Assembly (NCBI RefSeq): GCF_964355755.1
Contig: NC_092676.1
Coordinates: forward strand, 22,214,871 to 22,278,870
Source of the DNA: Antedon mediterranea
Taxonomy: Eukaryota > Animalia > Echinodermata
Direction: 5' to 3'
DNA: 64,000 nucleotides
The notes below the pieces were generated by a model that made no database searches, was not told the origin of the DNA, and saw nothing but the letters and a program-made list of their open reading frames with translations. Both the position numbers and the translations under genes were made by a program. Within the stretch, counting starts at the first letter, position 1. Each line of letters begins with the position of its first letter. Below are positions 63,995 through 64,000 of this stretch, one piece after another.

Positions 63995-64000
63995 ACTCAA

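Larger units (their letters stand above)
59247..64000 (-). repeat. Tandem array of tRNA-Arg(ACG) genes, ~181-bp unit, 25 full-length plus 1 partial copies, continues beyond the window
   Basis: Each unit is a ~73-nt tRNA, usually followed by oligo-T, plus a ~108-bp conserved spacer. Confidence 0.97.

Overview
AT-rich, intron-containing animal genomic DNA, probably a marine invertebrate. An echinoderm is inferred from abundant TAGGCCTA motifs, Deu-domain SINEs and gene content, but this is not proven. Six spliced host genes were reconstructed by hand: WDR4/Trm82 (minus, runs off the window start), a secreted GH18 chitinase with a mucin-like linker and three CBM14 domains (minus), a Cys-rich Methuselah/adhesion-like family-B GPCR (minus), HTATIP2/TIP30 (minus) head-to-head with PAXIP1/PTIP (plus), and an NXPE-family gene (plus). 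The last ~4.7 kb is a tandem array of 25 full-length plus one partial tRNA-Arg(ACG) copies (~181-bp period), continuing past the window end. Other notable items are an internally deleted Academ-type transposon in PAXIP1 intron 1 that keeps an uninterrupted 7-exon, ~477-aa reading frame, a U12-type AT-AC last intron in PAXIP1, two inverted Ginger-like MITEs packed with TTGCGCAA palindromes around the HTATIP2/PAXIP1 promoter, a 5S+tRNA+Deu chimeric SINE candidate, and several nested MITEs and palindromes. No prokaryotic or CRISPR system is present. All family assignments come from motif recognition, not database searches.
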